From a virus: DNA of 64,000 bases. The notes under the pieces were generated by a model that was not told the origin of the DNA, made no database searches, and worked only from the letters and a program-made list of their open reading frames with translations. Of the stretch, positions 52,523 to 61,898 are shown one piece after another; within the stretch, counting starts at the first letter, position 1; each line of letters opens with the position of its first letter. Made by a program: the position numbers and the translations under genes. The stretch covers positions 16,092 through 80,091 of IMG/VR virus record IMGVR_UViG_3300005327_000002; one strand, given 5' to 3'.

Positions 52523-54484
52523 ATGGCGCCGCCCCTGGTCGTCGGCTTCGACATCGAAACCGGCAGTGCGAACCACATGCACAAGTGGCGTGAGGAGTAC
52601 GGCCCGTATGTGATCCTGGGCGGCGCGATCTGCAACGGCCGGACCTGGATCACCCGGGACATCCCGAAGCTGGTGGAGCTGCTGCACCGCGCGGACTTCA
52701 TCTACGGCCACAACATCTTCGGCTTCGACATCCCGGCGCTGGCCGCCCACGCCGGGGCCGACATGCACGCCCTGTACGCGAAGGGCATCGACACCCTGGA
52801 GCTGGCGCGGCTGGCCGACCCGCCGCGCCCGAAGGGCATGGTCCCGGTCCGGTACGACCTGTCATCCGTCGCGCAGCGCCTGGGAGTTGAAGGCAAGACC
52901 GACTCCGTCAGCGACCTGGCCGCCCGCGCGCTGGACGACCTGGTGGAGGAGGCCGTGCAGGTGCTCCCCGACCCGGCGGAGCCCGGCCTGACGAAGAAGG
53001 AGGCCGTCGCCCGGACCCGGGACCGGCGCCGGGCGGAGAAGGAGGTGCGCGCCCGCTACAAGGACCTGGGCACGTACCACCTGATCGACCCGGAGAACCC
53101 CGACTTCACGGCCTACCTGGAGGGCGACCTGCAGGCCACCGCCAAGGTCTTCTCCCGGCTGAACTACCTGATGCGGCGCGGCACTTACGGAGCGCGGGAG
53201 ATGGAGGGAATGCGCACCCTGCACGCCATGGCCCACTCCGGCTGGCGCGTGGACCGCTCCCTGCTGGAGCGCCGGGTGGCAGAGGAGGAGGAGCGGGTGG
53301 AGGCCGCCAAGGCCCGCCTGCAGGACCTGGCCCCCGGCGTCCCGCTGGACAAGGCCTCCCCGATGGCCACGAAGGCCGGGAAGGAGGCCATGGAGGCCGC
53401 CCTGCTGGCCGCCGGGGTCGCGGAGGACCACCTGCCGCGCACCGACACCGGCGGCCTGTCCACGGCCCGCGACGCCCTCTCGGAGGGCGACTGGGTCCGG
53501 GCGCAGCTGCGCCCCGTCAACCGGTTCGACCGCAAGACCGGGGAGTGGGTGGAGACCCTGCGCAAGGTGCAGGTCCGCACCCCGGGCCTGCGGTCCCTGT
53601 ACCGGGACAACCCGGCCGTACAGGAGCTGTGCGAGGTGGCCACCCTGGCGGGCGGTCGGCAGCTGAAGTACGCCGAACTGCTGGACTACGCCCAGGAGGA
53701 CGGCACCCTGTACTCCCGGATCGGCCAGATCCAGGTCTCCGGCCGGTACGCCATGGTCACCCCGTCCATCACCAACATCGGCAAGCGGTCGGAGGCCCTG
53801 CTGCGGGTGCGGGAGGTGTTCGTCCCGCGCCGCGAAGACGAAGTGATCGTGTGCGCCGACCTGGACCAGGGCGACATGCGCGTGGTCGCGGCCCTGTGCC
53901 AGGACCCGGAGTACATGAAGCTTTTCCTTCCCGGCGTGGACGCCCACATGGAGACCGCCTACGGCGTCTTCGGGGAGCGTACGAAGACCGCCCGGAAGAA
54001 GGCGAAGGCGATCGGCCACGCGGCCAACTATGGCGGGGGCCTGGAGACCATCGTCACCACCTCCGGCCAGTCGAAGGAGGACGTCCAGCGCTACCTTGAC
54101 CACCGCGCGGACGCCTACCCGGTGCTGGCCCGCTGGCAGGACGCCGTCCGCCGGGAGGCGGAGTCCGGCTGGATCGAAGACAACGGCTGGGGTCGCCGGA
54201 TGGCCTGCGACCGGCGCGCGGCCTTCACCCAGGGCCCGGCCCTGTACGGCCAGTCCGGCACCCGGGAGATCCTGCTGGACGGCGTCCTGCGGATGTCCCC
54301 GGCCCTGCGCCGGATGCTGGTGGCCATCGTGCACGACGAAGTGGTGGCCTCCGTCCCGCTGTCCGACGTGGCTGCTATCTCGGAGGAGATCCGCAGCTGC
54401 CTGGAGACCACCTGGCGCGGCGTCGCCTTCACCGCCGGAGTGTCCAAGCCCGGCACCAACTGGGCCGCCTGCTACACCGATTGA
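52523..54484 (+). CDS. Phage family A DNA polymerase with 3'-5' exonuclease
   Basis: FDIET, GHNIFGFD, YLEGD; motif A DLDQGDMR, motif B RKKAKAIGHAANYG, motif C VHDE. Confidence 0.92.
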   Translation: MAPPLVVGFDIETGSANHMHKWREEYGPYVILGGAICNGRTWITRDIPKLVELLHRADFIYGHNIFGFDIPALAAHAGADMHALYAKGIDTLELARLADPPRPKGMVPVRYDLSSVAQRLGVEGKTDSVSDLAARALDDLVEEAVQVLPDPAEPGLTKKEAVARTRDRRRAEKEVRARYKDLGTYHLIDPENPDFTAYLEGDLQATAKVFSRLNYLMRRGTYGAREMEGMRTLHAMAHSGWRVDRSLLERRVAEEEERVEAAKARLQDLAPGVPLDKASPMATKAGKEAMEAALLAAGVAEDHLPRTDTGGLSTARDALSEGDWVRAQLRPVNRFDRKTGEWVETLRKVQVRTPGLRSLYRDNPAVQELCEVATLAGGRQLKYAELLDYAQEDGTLYSRIGQIQVSGRYAMVTPSITNIGKRSEALLRVREVFVPRREDEVIVCADLDQGDMRVVAALCQDPEYMKLFLPGVDAHMETAYGVFGERTKTARKKAKAIGHAANYGGGLETIVTTSGQSKEDVQRYLDHRADAYPVLARWQDAVRREAESGWIEDNGWGRRMACDRRAAFTQGPALYGQSGTREILLDGVLRMSPALRRMLVAIVHDEVVASVPLSDVAAISEEIRSCLETTWRGVAFTAGVSKPGTNWAACYTD

Positions 54485-54488
54485 CCAC

Positions 54489-54522
54489 CCAGCCCCGGCG
54501 CCGCACCAGGCGCCGGGGCTGG
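54489..54522 (+). terminator. Stem-loop after the polymerase
   Basis: CCAGCCCCGGCGCC...GGCGCCGGGGCTGG. Confidence 0.7.
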
Positions 54523-54563
54523 CCCGTACCACCCGACCGACACCGACATGGGAGCAATTCGCA

Positions 54564-55962
54564 ATGGCGCGACGCACGTTGACGTACGAACTGATCAAGT
54601 CCGAGATTGAGGAGGCCGGTTGGCCGTACGAGATCACGACGAACCGGCAGCTGAAGGTCACGGTCCCGGCCCAGCGGCCGGACGCGGGGCGCACCCTGAC
54701 GCTGTCCCCGCAGAGCAACCAGCCCACCACCTACCAGAACTTCTACACCCGGCTGAACCGGCACGGGTTCCGGGAGGACCTGCGCGACGCCCGGGAGCGC
54801 GCGGCGGCGGAGCGGCGGGAGAAGATCGAAGCCGACCGGCTGGCGGCCGCCCAGAAGATCGCCCAGCTGCAGCAGGCCGCCGACGGGCGCGCCGCCGCCA
54901 CCCTGGACGCCGACCGCCGGGAGCGGGCCCTGCACGTCTTCCGGGTCACCGGCTGGGACGGCGTCGCGTTCAAGGTCGGCTCCCTGCCGAAGCCGGAGAC
55001 GGTGGTGGAGAAGGACGGCACGGAGTGGGTCGACTACCCCACGATCACCCCAGCTGATCACCCCGGACGTGGCGGCCGCCTGGATCGCCAATCCGGTCTG
55101 CAACCCCCGGCCGGAGAAGGAGCGCACCCGAAAGACCGTCACCGCCGCGATCCGGGCCGGGAAGTGGGACACCAACCACCAGGGCTTCGCGGTGTGCGCG
55201 GAGCACGGCGGCCTCCTGGACGGCATGAACCGCTCCCGGGTGATCCACCGCCTGGGGGCCTCCGTGCGCGTCAAGGTCACCTACGGCATGCCCCACAACT
55301 CCTTCGTGAACATGGACCAGGGCTCCAACCGGTCGATCTCCGACATGGGCGCCAACTCCGGCGAGCTGCCCGCCACCCTCACCAACACCGAACGGCGCAT
55401 CGTGATGACTGTGGCGAAGATCCTGCACCACGCCGACGCCCCGGACCCGATCGCCTGGAGCCGCTGGGACGCCTCCAGCCCGGACCACACCCTGGTCCTG
55501 GACTCCCTGGCCCGCCTGCAGCGCGACGACCCGGGCCTGATCGTGGACGCCGCCACCGCCGCCCGCCTGAACGCGGAGCAGTCCAAGGGCGTACCGGCCG
55601 GACTGGCCCTGGCGTGGTTCGTGATCCACCGCGCCTGGCCGGAGACCCCGTACGCCGCCGACTTCTTCGCCCGCCTGGCCGACAACGATGGCGTACCGTC
55701 CCGGTCGGCGGTCGGACGGCTGCGGGAGCACTTCTACGACTCCACCACCACCCCCGCCAAGCGCAAGCTGCGCACCGCCACCGACCACGGCGCCAAGACG
55801 GTCAAGGCCTACAACCGCTTCGTGGTCGGCTCCCTGCTGGGCGAGCCCTGGGCGGAGGCTCCCAGCGTCCGCTTCATGACCACGGAGGACTTCCCCACCC
55901 CGCACGACGCGGCCACGTCGGAGCGCGCCGCGCTGGCCGCCACCGACCCCAACAAGCGCTGA
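54564..55962 (+). CDS. HicA-like / coiled-coil / ParB-like fusion with a +1 frame change near 55050
   Basis: Frame of 54564 has good codon bias to about 55049; the +1 frame continues ITPDVAAAWI..G.W..GGLLDGMNR..MDQG..RS (ParB-like). Confidence 0.6.
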
Positions 55963-55979
55963 CAGCAAAGGACTTCGAC

Positions 55980-56390
55980 GTGAGCAACGACCCGAGCACG
56001 AACCGGCCGATGGTGGAGGACGCCGTCCAGGTCGGCCCCCGGGGCCTGTACGCCTACGGCGGCCCGCACCCCCTGCGGCTGCGCGACGTGGCGGGCACCC
56101 TGGTGGAGGTGGGGGAGTCCTCCGACGCCGACGACCCGGGGGCCTACCTGGCCTTCACCCGGCCCGGCCTGCACGGTGAACCCCGGGTGGCCTTCGTCGC
56201 ACCCCTGGACCTGGCGGAGGCGATGGCCATCCGCGACCGGCTGGACCAGTTCGTCCAGGGAACCCTGGTGCGCTGGGAGGACGGCCCGGAGCGGTACATG
56301 CACGCCATGGAGCAGCTGCAGGGCCGCGTGCCCCGCGACCCGGCCCGCCGCCCCACCGAAGGCCGCGTGGTGCGGATCGACAACACCTGA
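55980..56390 (+). CDS. Hypothetical protein
   Basis: AAAGGA RBS; V.VGESS.A motif. Confidence 0.7.
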   Translation: MSNDPSTNRPMVEDAVQVGPRGLYAYGGPHPLRLRDVAGTLVEVGESSDADDPGAYLAFTRPGLHGEPRVAFVAPLDLAEAMAIRDRLDQFVQGTLVRWEDGPERYMHAMEQLQGRVPRDPARRPTEGRVVRIDNT

Positions 56391-56455
56391 TCAACCCTCC
56401 TGCGCCGCCGGGGAGTTGGTCCCCGGCGGCGCATCCCCAGCGAGAGGAGCAGCGC

Positions 56456-57397
56456 GTGAGCAGCGCAGAGAAGGAGCAGGAGGCGCTGTCCGGGGACGTC
56501 GTCCTGGGCGGTGAGCGGGAGGTGGTGCGCGGGACGCCCCGACGGGGCGCGCTGGACAGGTACCCGGCGCCGGTGGCCAACGACCGGGAGGGATGGACGC
56601 TGGCGGAGGACACCGCCTTCTTCTACGACGTCGACACCAGCAACGGCGGGCAGTACCTGCTGGTGGTCACCCCGAAGGACGCCACGGACGTGTGGCTGTG
56701 GGGATGGCGCTACCCGCGTGACCTGCGGGTGGTGCAGGACGCCATGGCGGAGTGGGACCCGCACGTGCACGACGAACCCCGGGGCTTCATCAAACGCGCC
56801 GGGGGTCTGATCCGCCGGGCCCCGGCCCGGGACAAGGACCTGGACCGCAACCGGGAGCGGTGCGAGCACGGCCGCTACCTGACCGCTCTGGACTGCCCGG
56901 TGATCGCGTGCGCGGCCTGGCAGCCCGGCAACCCCGTTCGACCCCAACTCGCCCAGGAGGAACCGCAGATGACGTACGGACAGGGACTGCACCGAGAGCC
57001 CGTTCCCGCCCCGGCCAGCCCGCTGGACGCCACGGAGCGCGCCTACCTGGTCACCCGGGTGGAGAAGCGGGCGGGCGTCTGGAGCCCGGCCGACACCACG
57101 GTGGTGCTCACCATCGGCACGCTGGAGGAGCTGGCCGACAGCGAAGACGGCGCGTCCTGGGAGGCGGGCCACACCCTGGCGGTGTGGTGGTGCTACCGGC
57201 CCGCCGACGCGGAGCAGCACCACGCCGCGCTGGCCGACCTGGTCCGCCGGGCCAACGAAGGCCAAGCCCCGGACGCGGTGTACGAGATCCGGGAGGGGCG
57301 CCAGCTGGAGCGGGTGTCCGGCATGGTCCCGTATTCGGTGGACGTCCAGGGCCGTACGGGTGACCACCTGCCGTCCACCAACTCCATGGAGCGGTAA
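56456..57397 (+). CDS. Hypothetical protein (possible two-gene fusion; internal start 56969)
   Basis: GAGGAG RBS; internal AGGAGG-N8-ATG. Confidence 0.65.
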   Translation: MSSAEKEQEALSGDVVLGGEREVVRGTPRRGALDRYPAPVANDREGWTLAEDTAFFYDVDTSNGGQYLLVVTPKDATDVWLWGWRYPRDLRVVQDAMAEWDPHVHDEPRGFIKRAGGLIRRAPARDKDLDRNRERCEHGRYLTALDCPVIACAAWQPGNPVRPQLAQEEPQMTYGQGLHREPVPAPASPLDATERAYLVTRVEKRAGVWSPADTTVVLTIGTLEELADSEDGASWEAGHTLAVWWCYRPADAEQHHAALADLVRRANEGQAPDAVYEIREGRQLERVSGMVPYSVDVQGRTGDHLPSTNSMER

Positions 57398-57598
57398 GGC
57401 AGTTGAACAGGCATCACCCGAACGGGCCCGCCCCGGCTGGACAGCGATCCGGCCGGGGCGGCACCTTGTCCGTGAACAGGTTCCGCGTTCCACGCGGGCG
57501 GGCCGCCTCCGGGGCTTCAACGAAGGGGCGGCCCGCACCTCCCTGATCGACACCCCACAGGGCCGCCCGTGGTGCTCACGGCGGCCGGTCCCCACAGC

Positions 57599-57642
57599 GC
57601 AGGAGCCCCCGGCCGCAGCTGCTCACCGCCGGGGGCTCCTGC
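57599..57642. terminator. Bidirectional terminator
   Basis: GCAGGAGCCCCCGGC...GCCGGGGGCTCCTGC. Confidence 0.7.
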
Positions 57643-57649
57643 GTGTGCG

Positions 57650-57958
57650 TCAGCAGGCGTCGCAGGGGTCGGTGCGGTCGAACTCCTCCCGCCAGTGCCC
57701 CACCAGCTGGCCCGCCAGCCGCTCCCCGCCGGGCTCCCCGTGGTGCATGTGCCGCAGCCCGTACTCCGCGCGGGCCTGGATCGCGGCCCAGTAGCTCAGA
57801 GCGTGCTCCGCCCAGCTGCTCCCGCAGTCGTCTTCGTCGCCGGGCAGGCATCCGCGCATCGGGGCGCCCAGCTTCTTCAGGACGCCGCGCAGGAGCAGCG
57901 CGTGGTCCCGCCAGCTGTCGGACATGCCGTCGGCGGGCGGCGTGGTGGTCGTGGACAT
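57650..57958 (-). CDS. Hypothetical protein
   Basis: AGGGAG RBS; Cys/His motifs. Confidence 0.6.
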   Translation of the reverse strand: MSTTTTPPADGMSDSWRDHALLLRGVLKKLGAPMRGCLPGDEDDCGSSWAEHALSYWAAIQARAEYGLRHMHHGEPGGERLAGQLVGHWREEFDRTDPCDAC

Positions 57959-58023
57959 GCTCAGTACTCCCTGTGTCGGTAGGTCGCTGCGCGTGACCCT
58001 ACCGCCGTGTGGGACCCTGTCGC

Positions 58024-58057
58024 CTGACCCCGGATATGTATGTGTATCCGGGGCGAC
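58024..58057. promoter_or_regulatory. lox-like recombination site
   Basis: CCCCGGATA-TGTATGTG-TATCCGGGG, 30 nt upstream of the recombinase. Confidence 0.6.
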
Positions 58058-58083
58058 CCCAATTCGTACGGAGATGTGACGAC

Positions 58084-59100
58084 ATGACAGACCTGGTCCC
58101 GGTACGGCCATCCGCAGAGCTGGAGCGCGTCGACCCGCTGGCCGCCTTCGTCGCCCGCGCCGACGCGGCCGCCCGCGCGCACCAGCGCGACCGCCGCCCG
58201 CCGAAGACCGTCCAGGGGTACCGCCGGGACTGGGAGGTGTGGACCCAGTGGGTCGACCAGGTGGCCACCCCCACCGCCGGGGTCGACGTCCCGCACACCA
58301 TGGTCACCTCCGGGCTGCTGTACGCCTTCGTGGTGTGGCTGGACGAAGACCTGCAGGCGCCCTGGTCGACGGTGGACCGACGCATCACCGGCGTGACCGT
58401 GGAGGGCCGCACCCGGGGCGCCGTGATCGACCGCTCCGTGACCGCCGCCGCCCGCGACTACGTCAAGGCCATGAAGGCCGACCCCGTCAAGGCGCTGCGC
58501 GGCCGGGGCAAGGCCGTGGGCACCAACCCGCAGGAGCTGCGCCAGATGGCCGCCGCGCTGCCGTCCGGCCCCGTCGCGGCCGCCCGCGACCAGTCGCTGA
58601 TCACCATGTCCTTCGCCATCGCCGGGCGCGCCGGTGAGGTGGGGTACCTGGACACGGAGGGCATCACCCCGGAGGGCCCGGGCCTGCGCGTGTGGGTGCC
58701 CCCGATCAAGGGCAAGCCCGGCCGGGTCGTCCACGTCGCCCCCGGCGAGCACCGCGCCAGCTGCCCGGTGCGCTCCTGGTACGCCTGGCGCCGGATCTAC
58801 ACCCCCGCCACCGGCCCGGCCTACGTGGAGGTGGACCGCTGGGACAACCTGCAGGAGCACCGGCTGACCGCCGACGCCTGCTCCGCCGTGGTGGCCCGCT
58901 CCGCCCAGCGCGCCGGACTGGGCAGGCGCACCGGCCACTCCCAGCGCCGGGGCCTGATCAACACGGCGCTGCAGGAGGGCAAGCCCCGGGAGAAGGTCGC
59001 GGCCCAGTCCGGGCACGCGGCCGGGTCGAAGGCCTTCGACGCCTACGTGGACGACGCCGCCAGGGTCTCCGACCCGACCACCGCCGGGATCGGCCTCTAG
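58084..59100 (+). CDS. Tyrosine recombinase, Cre-like resolvase
   Basis: T..GY..DW N-domain; RD..GRAGE, K, GHSQRRG, SGH, Y catalytic set; 338 aa with no arm-binding domain. Confidence 0.88.
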   Translation: MTDLVPVRPSAELERVDPLAAFVARADAAARAHQRDRRPPKTVQGYRRDWEVWTQWVDQVATPTAGVDVPHTMVTSGLLYAFVVWLDEDLQAPWSTVDRRITGVTVEGRTRGAVIDRSVTAAARDYVKAMKADPVKALRGRGKAVGTNPQELRQMAAALPSGPVAAARDQSLITMSFAIAGRAGEVGYLDTEGITPEGPGLRVWVPPIKGKPGRVVHVAPGEHRASCPVRSWYAWRRIYTPATGPAYVEVDRWDNLQEHRLTADACSAVVARSAQRAGLGRRTGHSQRRGLINTALQEGKPREKVAAQSGHAAGSKAFDAYVDDAARVSDPTTAGIGL

Positions 59101-59405
59101 CCGAAGTGCTCCGCCGGGGGCCCTTCGCGCCGGTCGCCGAAGTTCGCCCCCGTCCGCTCCTTCTTCTCCCACGTGACGTGCACGACGTCCACGCAGACGG
59201 CGGGCAGGTCGTCCACCCAGTCCAGGTGGTCCAGGCCCACGCCGAACGGCGCGGCCGCCGCCAGCACGGCCTCCAGCAGCCGGGCGGCGTGCTCCAGCTG
59301 CTCCTCCGTCAACGGCGTGGTGGCGTTGTTCACCCGCTCCACCCGGGTGCGCGCGGTACGGCCGTGCCGGTCGACCGGGCCGCCGGGCTCCGGGGCGATC
59401 ACCAC
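59097..59405 (-). CDS. Hypothetical protein
   Basis: GC3 bias; start uncertain. Confidence 0.45.
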   Translation of the reverse strand: MVIAPEPGGPVDRHGRTARTRVERVNNATTPLTEEQLEHAARLLEAVLAAAAPFGVGLDHLDWVDDLPAVCVDVVHVTWEKKERTGANFGDRREGPPAEHFG

Positions 59406-59695
59406 GCCGTCGCCCAGTCGCCCTCCGGGCCGTACGGGGAGCGCTGCGCCGCCAGCCCCGTCCGCCCGGACGTCGTGCGCCGGACCGCCTCCACCTGGGA
59501 GGACAGCCGCTGGGCGGCCTGGGCCAGCGCGTCGAAGACGGCCTGGAGCACCGGCCGGACGCTCTCCCAGATCGCCCGCAGCGTCTCACCGGCCCGGTGC
59601 AGGGCCAGCTCCAGCCGCTCCCGCTGGTCCGGGGTCAAGGTGGCCAGGAGCGCCGCCGGTTCGGGCGCCGGTGGCGGGGGTGTCGTCTCATCCAT
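59399..59695 (-). CDS. Hypothetical protein
   Basis: CATCAT-N6-ATG; QRSPYGP end motif. Confidence 0.6.
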   Translation of the reverse strand: MDETTPPPPAPEPAALLATLTPDQRERLELALHRAGETLRAIWESVRPVLQAVFDALAQAAQRLSSQVEAVRRTTSGRTGLAAQRSPYGPEGDWATAW

Positions 59696-59720
59696 GGGCC
59701 CATGATGCCCGGCGCAGCAC

Positions 59721-59749
59721 GAAGGCCCCCGCACGCGGCGGGGGCCTTC
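59721..59749 (-). terminator. Stem-loop terminator
   Basis: GAAGGCCCCCGC...GCGGGGGCCTTC. Confidence 0.7.
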
Positions 59750-59760
59750 TCAGGGATTTC

Positions 59761-60063
59761 TCAGACCGGCCACGGCGGGGCGGCCGTCGGGTCCAGGTCG
59801 GGCTGCAGCCCGCGCTCCTGCATGACCTGCTCGAAGCCGTCCTGCACGGCCTTCGGCATCAGCCGGTGGGCGACCAGGGCGGCGGACAGCTGGCGCTGAC
59901 CGGCGGGCATCTCCTGCAGGAGGGCGTCGGCCCGCTCCAGCAGGGTGCGCGTCATGGCGGCGGCGGACACCGCCAGGTTCGCGTAGGTCAGCTTGGCCAG
60001 TCCGTCGTCCGCCAGCGCGTCGATCACGGCATTCACCGTGGTGGTCGGTCGGGTGCTCTCCAT
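59761..60063 (-). CDS. Hypothetical protein
   Basis: GAGGAG RBS. Confidence 0.65.
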   Translation of the reverse strand: MESTRPTTTVNAVIDALADDGLAKLTYANLAVSAAAMTRTLLERADALLQEMPAGQRQLSAALVAHRLMPKAVQDGFEQVMQERGLQPDLDPTAAPPWPV

Positions 60064-60084
60064 CAGGTTCTCCTCAGATCCTTC

Positions 60085-61428
60085 TCAGCTCGCCGGGTTG
60101 CTGCCGGGGGTGCCCATCGGGTACAGGGCCACGTCGGTGTCCGGCCCCCGCAGGTGCTTGTTCACTTCGATCTCCCCCAGGTCGCGGTACTCGATCTCAC
60201 GACGCCCCGGGCCGACGCGGTAGCCGTGCAGGTGCGGGCGCCGGGTGTGCGGCGGCATCACGCGCCCGGACGACCCGGCCGGAGCCCGGGTGCCGGAGGC
60301 CCGGTCGGCCTGCTGGCGGTTCCAGCGCTCCACGGACTGCCCGATCCGGTACCCCACCGGCCGGTACCGCTCCTGCCGGGCGGAGGCGGCCGCGCTGCGC
60401 CGGTTGCGGGGCGGCGGGGCCGCCAGCTGCGGGTCCGGGGTGCCCACGTCGGCGTTGCGGGAGGCCAGGTACAGCAGGTGCGTCAGCGCGGTGCGGTAGG
60501 CCATGCGCAGGTACTCGTCCACGTCGGAGGCTTCGTACTCGGACATCCGGTCGGCGCCCAGGACGTCCAGGGAGGCCTGCGTGACGGACTCCACCGTCAC
60601 GTCCTGGGCGCCGGTGGGCAGCGGGATGACCATGTGGGAGCCGTTCTGGGTGAGCACCCGGGCGCCGGAGTCGGACAGCACCTCCGACACGGCGTAGACG
60701 TTCAGGCCGTCGATGTCCGGCGCCCCGGTGGACACCACGACCCGGGGCGCGTCGATGCCCTGGGCCAGCTCCTGCGCCACCGGCTGGTCGTAGCGGAAGC
60801 CGCTGACCACCAGGGAGCGCAGGACGCCGCGCACGCCCTTGCCGAAGACGAACGGGATGCCCTCCGTGAAGACGATCATGGGGTCCGTCCACGTCAGGGT
60901 GCGCAGCAGGGACACCGGGAAGGCGTCCGTCTTCGACCGCAGCAGCTCCCGGGTGAAGTGCGGGTGCGGGACGAAGACCTCCCGGGCGCCGTCCCACAGC
61001 GACAGCGGCACCCAGTCCCGGTAGGCGTCCTGGTACTCGATCAGGCGCTGTCCGCGTGCGCTGCTCAGAAAGCCGGACCCGGGATCGGAGTGCAGCGCCC
61101 CGAAGCCCTGCAGGTCCAGGTTGGCCAGCTTGTAGCGCTCCAGCAGCCGCTGGTGGTGGGCCAGGCGCTGGCGCTCCGTGCGGACGATCTGCCAGGCCTC
61201 CAGCCGGGGGTGGTGCACCCAGGGGAAGCCGTCCGGCAGCGCGCTGCGCGTACCCGGGTCGTCGTGCGGGGCGCGCTCCCGGCGGCCCTGGCCCAGGGCG
61301 ATCTCCAGTTCCACGGACGTGGAGTCCGCGCCGGAGCGGCCCTGGACGCGGTACGGGAGCCCGCCCGGGCCGCCGGGGAGGAACCCGGGCGGCAGGGGCG
61401 GGCGGCCGGGGGTGGTGTCGCGGATCAT
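60085..61428 (-). CDS. AcrVA2/FinQ-like protein
   Basis: LLYLAS.NADV, VGYRIG, PHTRRPHLHGYRVGPGR..VN. Confidence 0.55.
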   Translation of the reverse strand: MIRDTTPGRPPLPPGFLPGGPGGLPYRVQGRSGADSTSVELEIALGQGRRERAPHDDPGTRSALPDGFPWVHHPRLEAWQIVRTERQRLAHHQRLLERYKLANLDLQGFGALHSDPGSGFLSSARGQRLIEYQDAYRDWVPLSLWDGAREVFVPHPHFTRELLRSKTDAFPVSLLRTLTWTDPMIVFTEGIPFVFGKGVRGVLRSLVVSGFRYDQPVAQELAQGIDAPRVVVSTGAPDIDGLNVYAVSEVLSDSGARVLTQNGSHMVIPLPTGAQDVTVESVTQASLDVLGADRMSEYEASDVDEYLRMAYRTALTHLLYLASRNADVGTPDPQLAAPPPRNRRSAAASARQERYRPVGYRIGQSVERWNRQQADRASGTRAPAGSSGRVMPPHTRRPHLHGYRVGPGRREIEYRDLGEIEVNKHLRGPDTDVALYPMGTPGSNPAS

Positions 61429-61462
61429 GTGCCGGTCCTTCGGTGTCGGTAGGCGGGCCGGA

Positions 61463-61897
61463 TCAGGCGTTGGCGGCGGCGGCGCTGGCGTGCAGGAGCT
61501 GCCGGGCGTCCACGGCCTCCAGGGCGGCGGCCACGGCCTCCACGTGCTCCAGCGTCAGGTCCCGGCCACCGCGCAGGGAGGCCTCCAGGCCGTGGCCGTG
61601 CAGGGTCTCCCAGGCGTCCGCCCAGCGGCTGCGCCGGTCGTCCTGCTCGGTGGTGGTGAAGTACGTTCCGCTGCTGTGGGCGCTGTTCAGCCGCTGGCCC
61701 TCCAGCCGGAAGGCGCTGGTGACCGTGCTGGACGAGTCCTTCGCGCGCAGGTGGACCAGGGTGTTGCCGACCTTGGCCACCACGTGCGGTTCGGTCTTGC
61801 GGTACCGGTTGCCGGGGTAGTGGACGGTGACTTCCTGGCCCACCTTCAGGGACTTGCGGGTGCTGGTCAGGACCATTTCGTGGTGCCAGGCGGTCAT
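61463..61897 (-). CDS. Beta-barrel-like hypothetical protein
   Basis: GAAGGAG RBS; LKVGQEV..VAKVG..LVHL..FRLE. Confidence 0.65.
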   Translation of the reverse strand: MTAWHHEMVLTSTRKSLKVGQEVTVHYPGNRYRKTEPHVVAKVGNTLVHLRAKDSSSTVTSAFRLEGQRLNSAHSSGTYFTTTEQDDRRSRWADAWETLHGHGLEASLRGGRDLTLEHVEAVAAALEAVDARQLLHASAAAANA

Positions 61898-61898
61898 G

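Noticed and set aside
58084-59100. Recombinase as a prophage integrase marking an end
   Set aside because: Cre-like size and N-terminus, phage genes on both sides, no tRNA or host gene nearby
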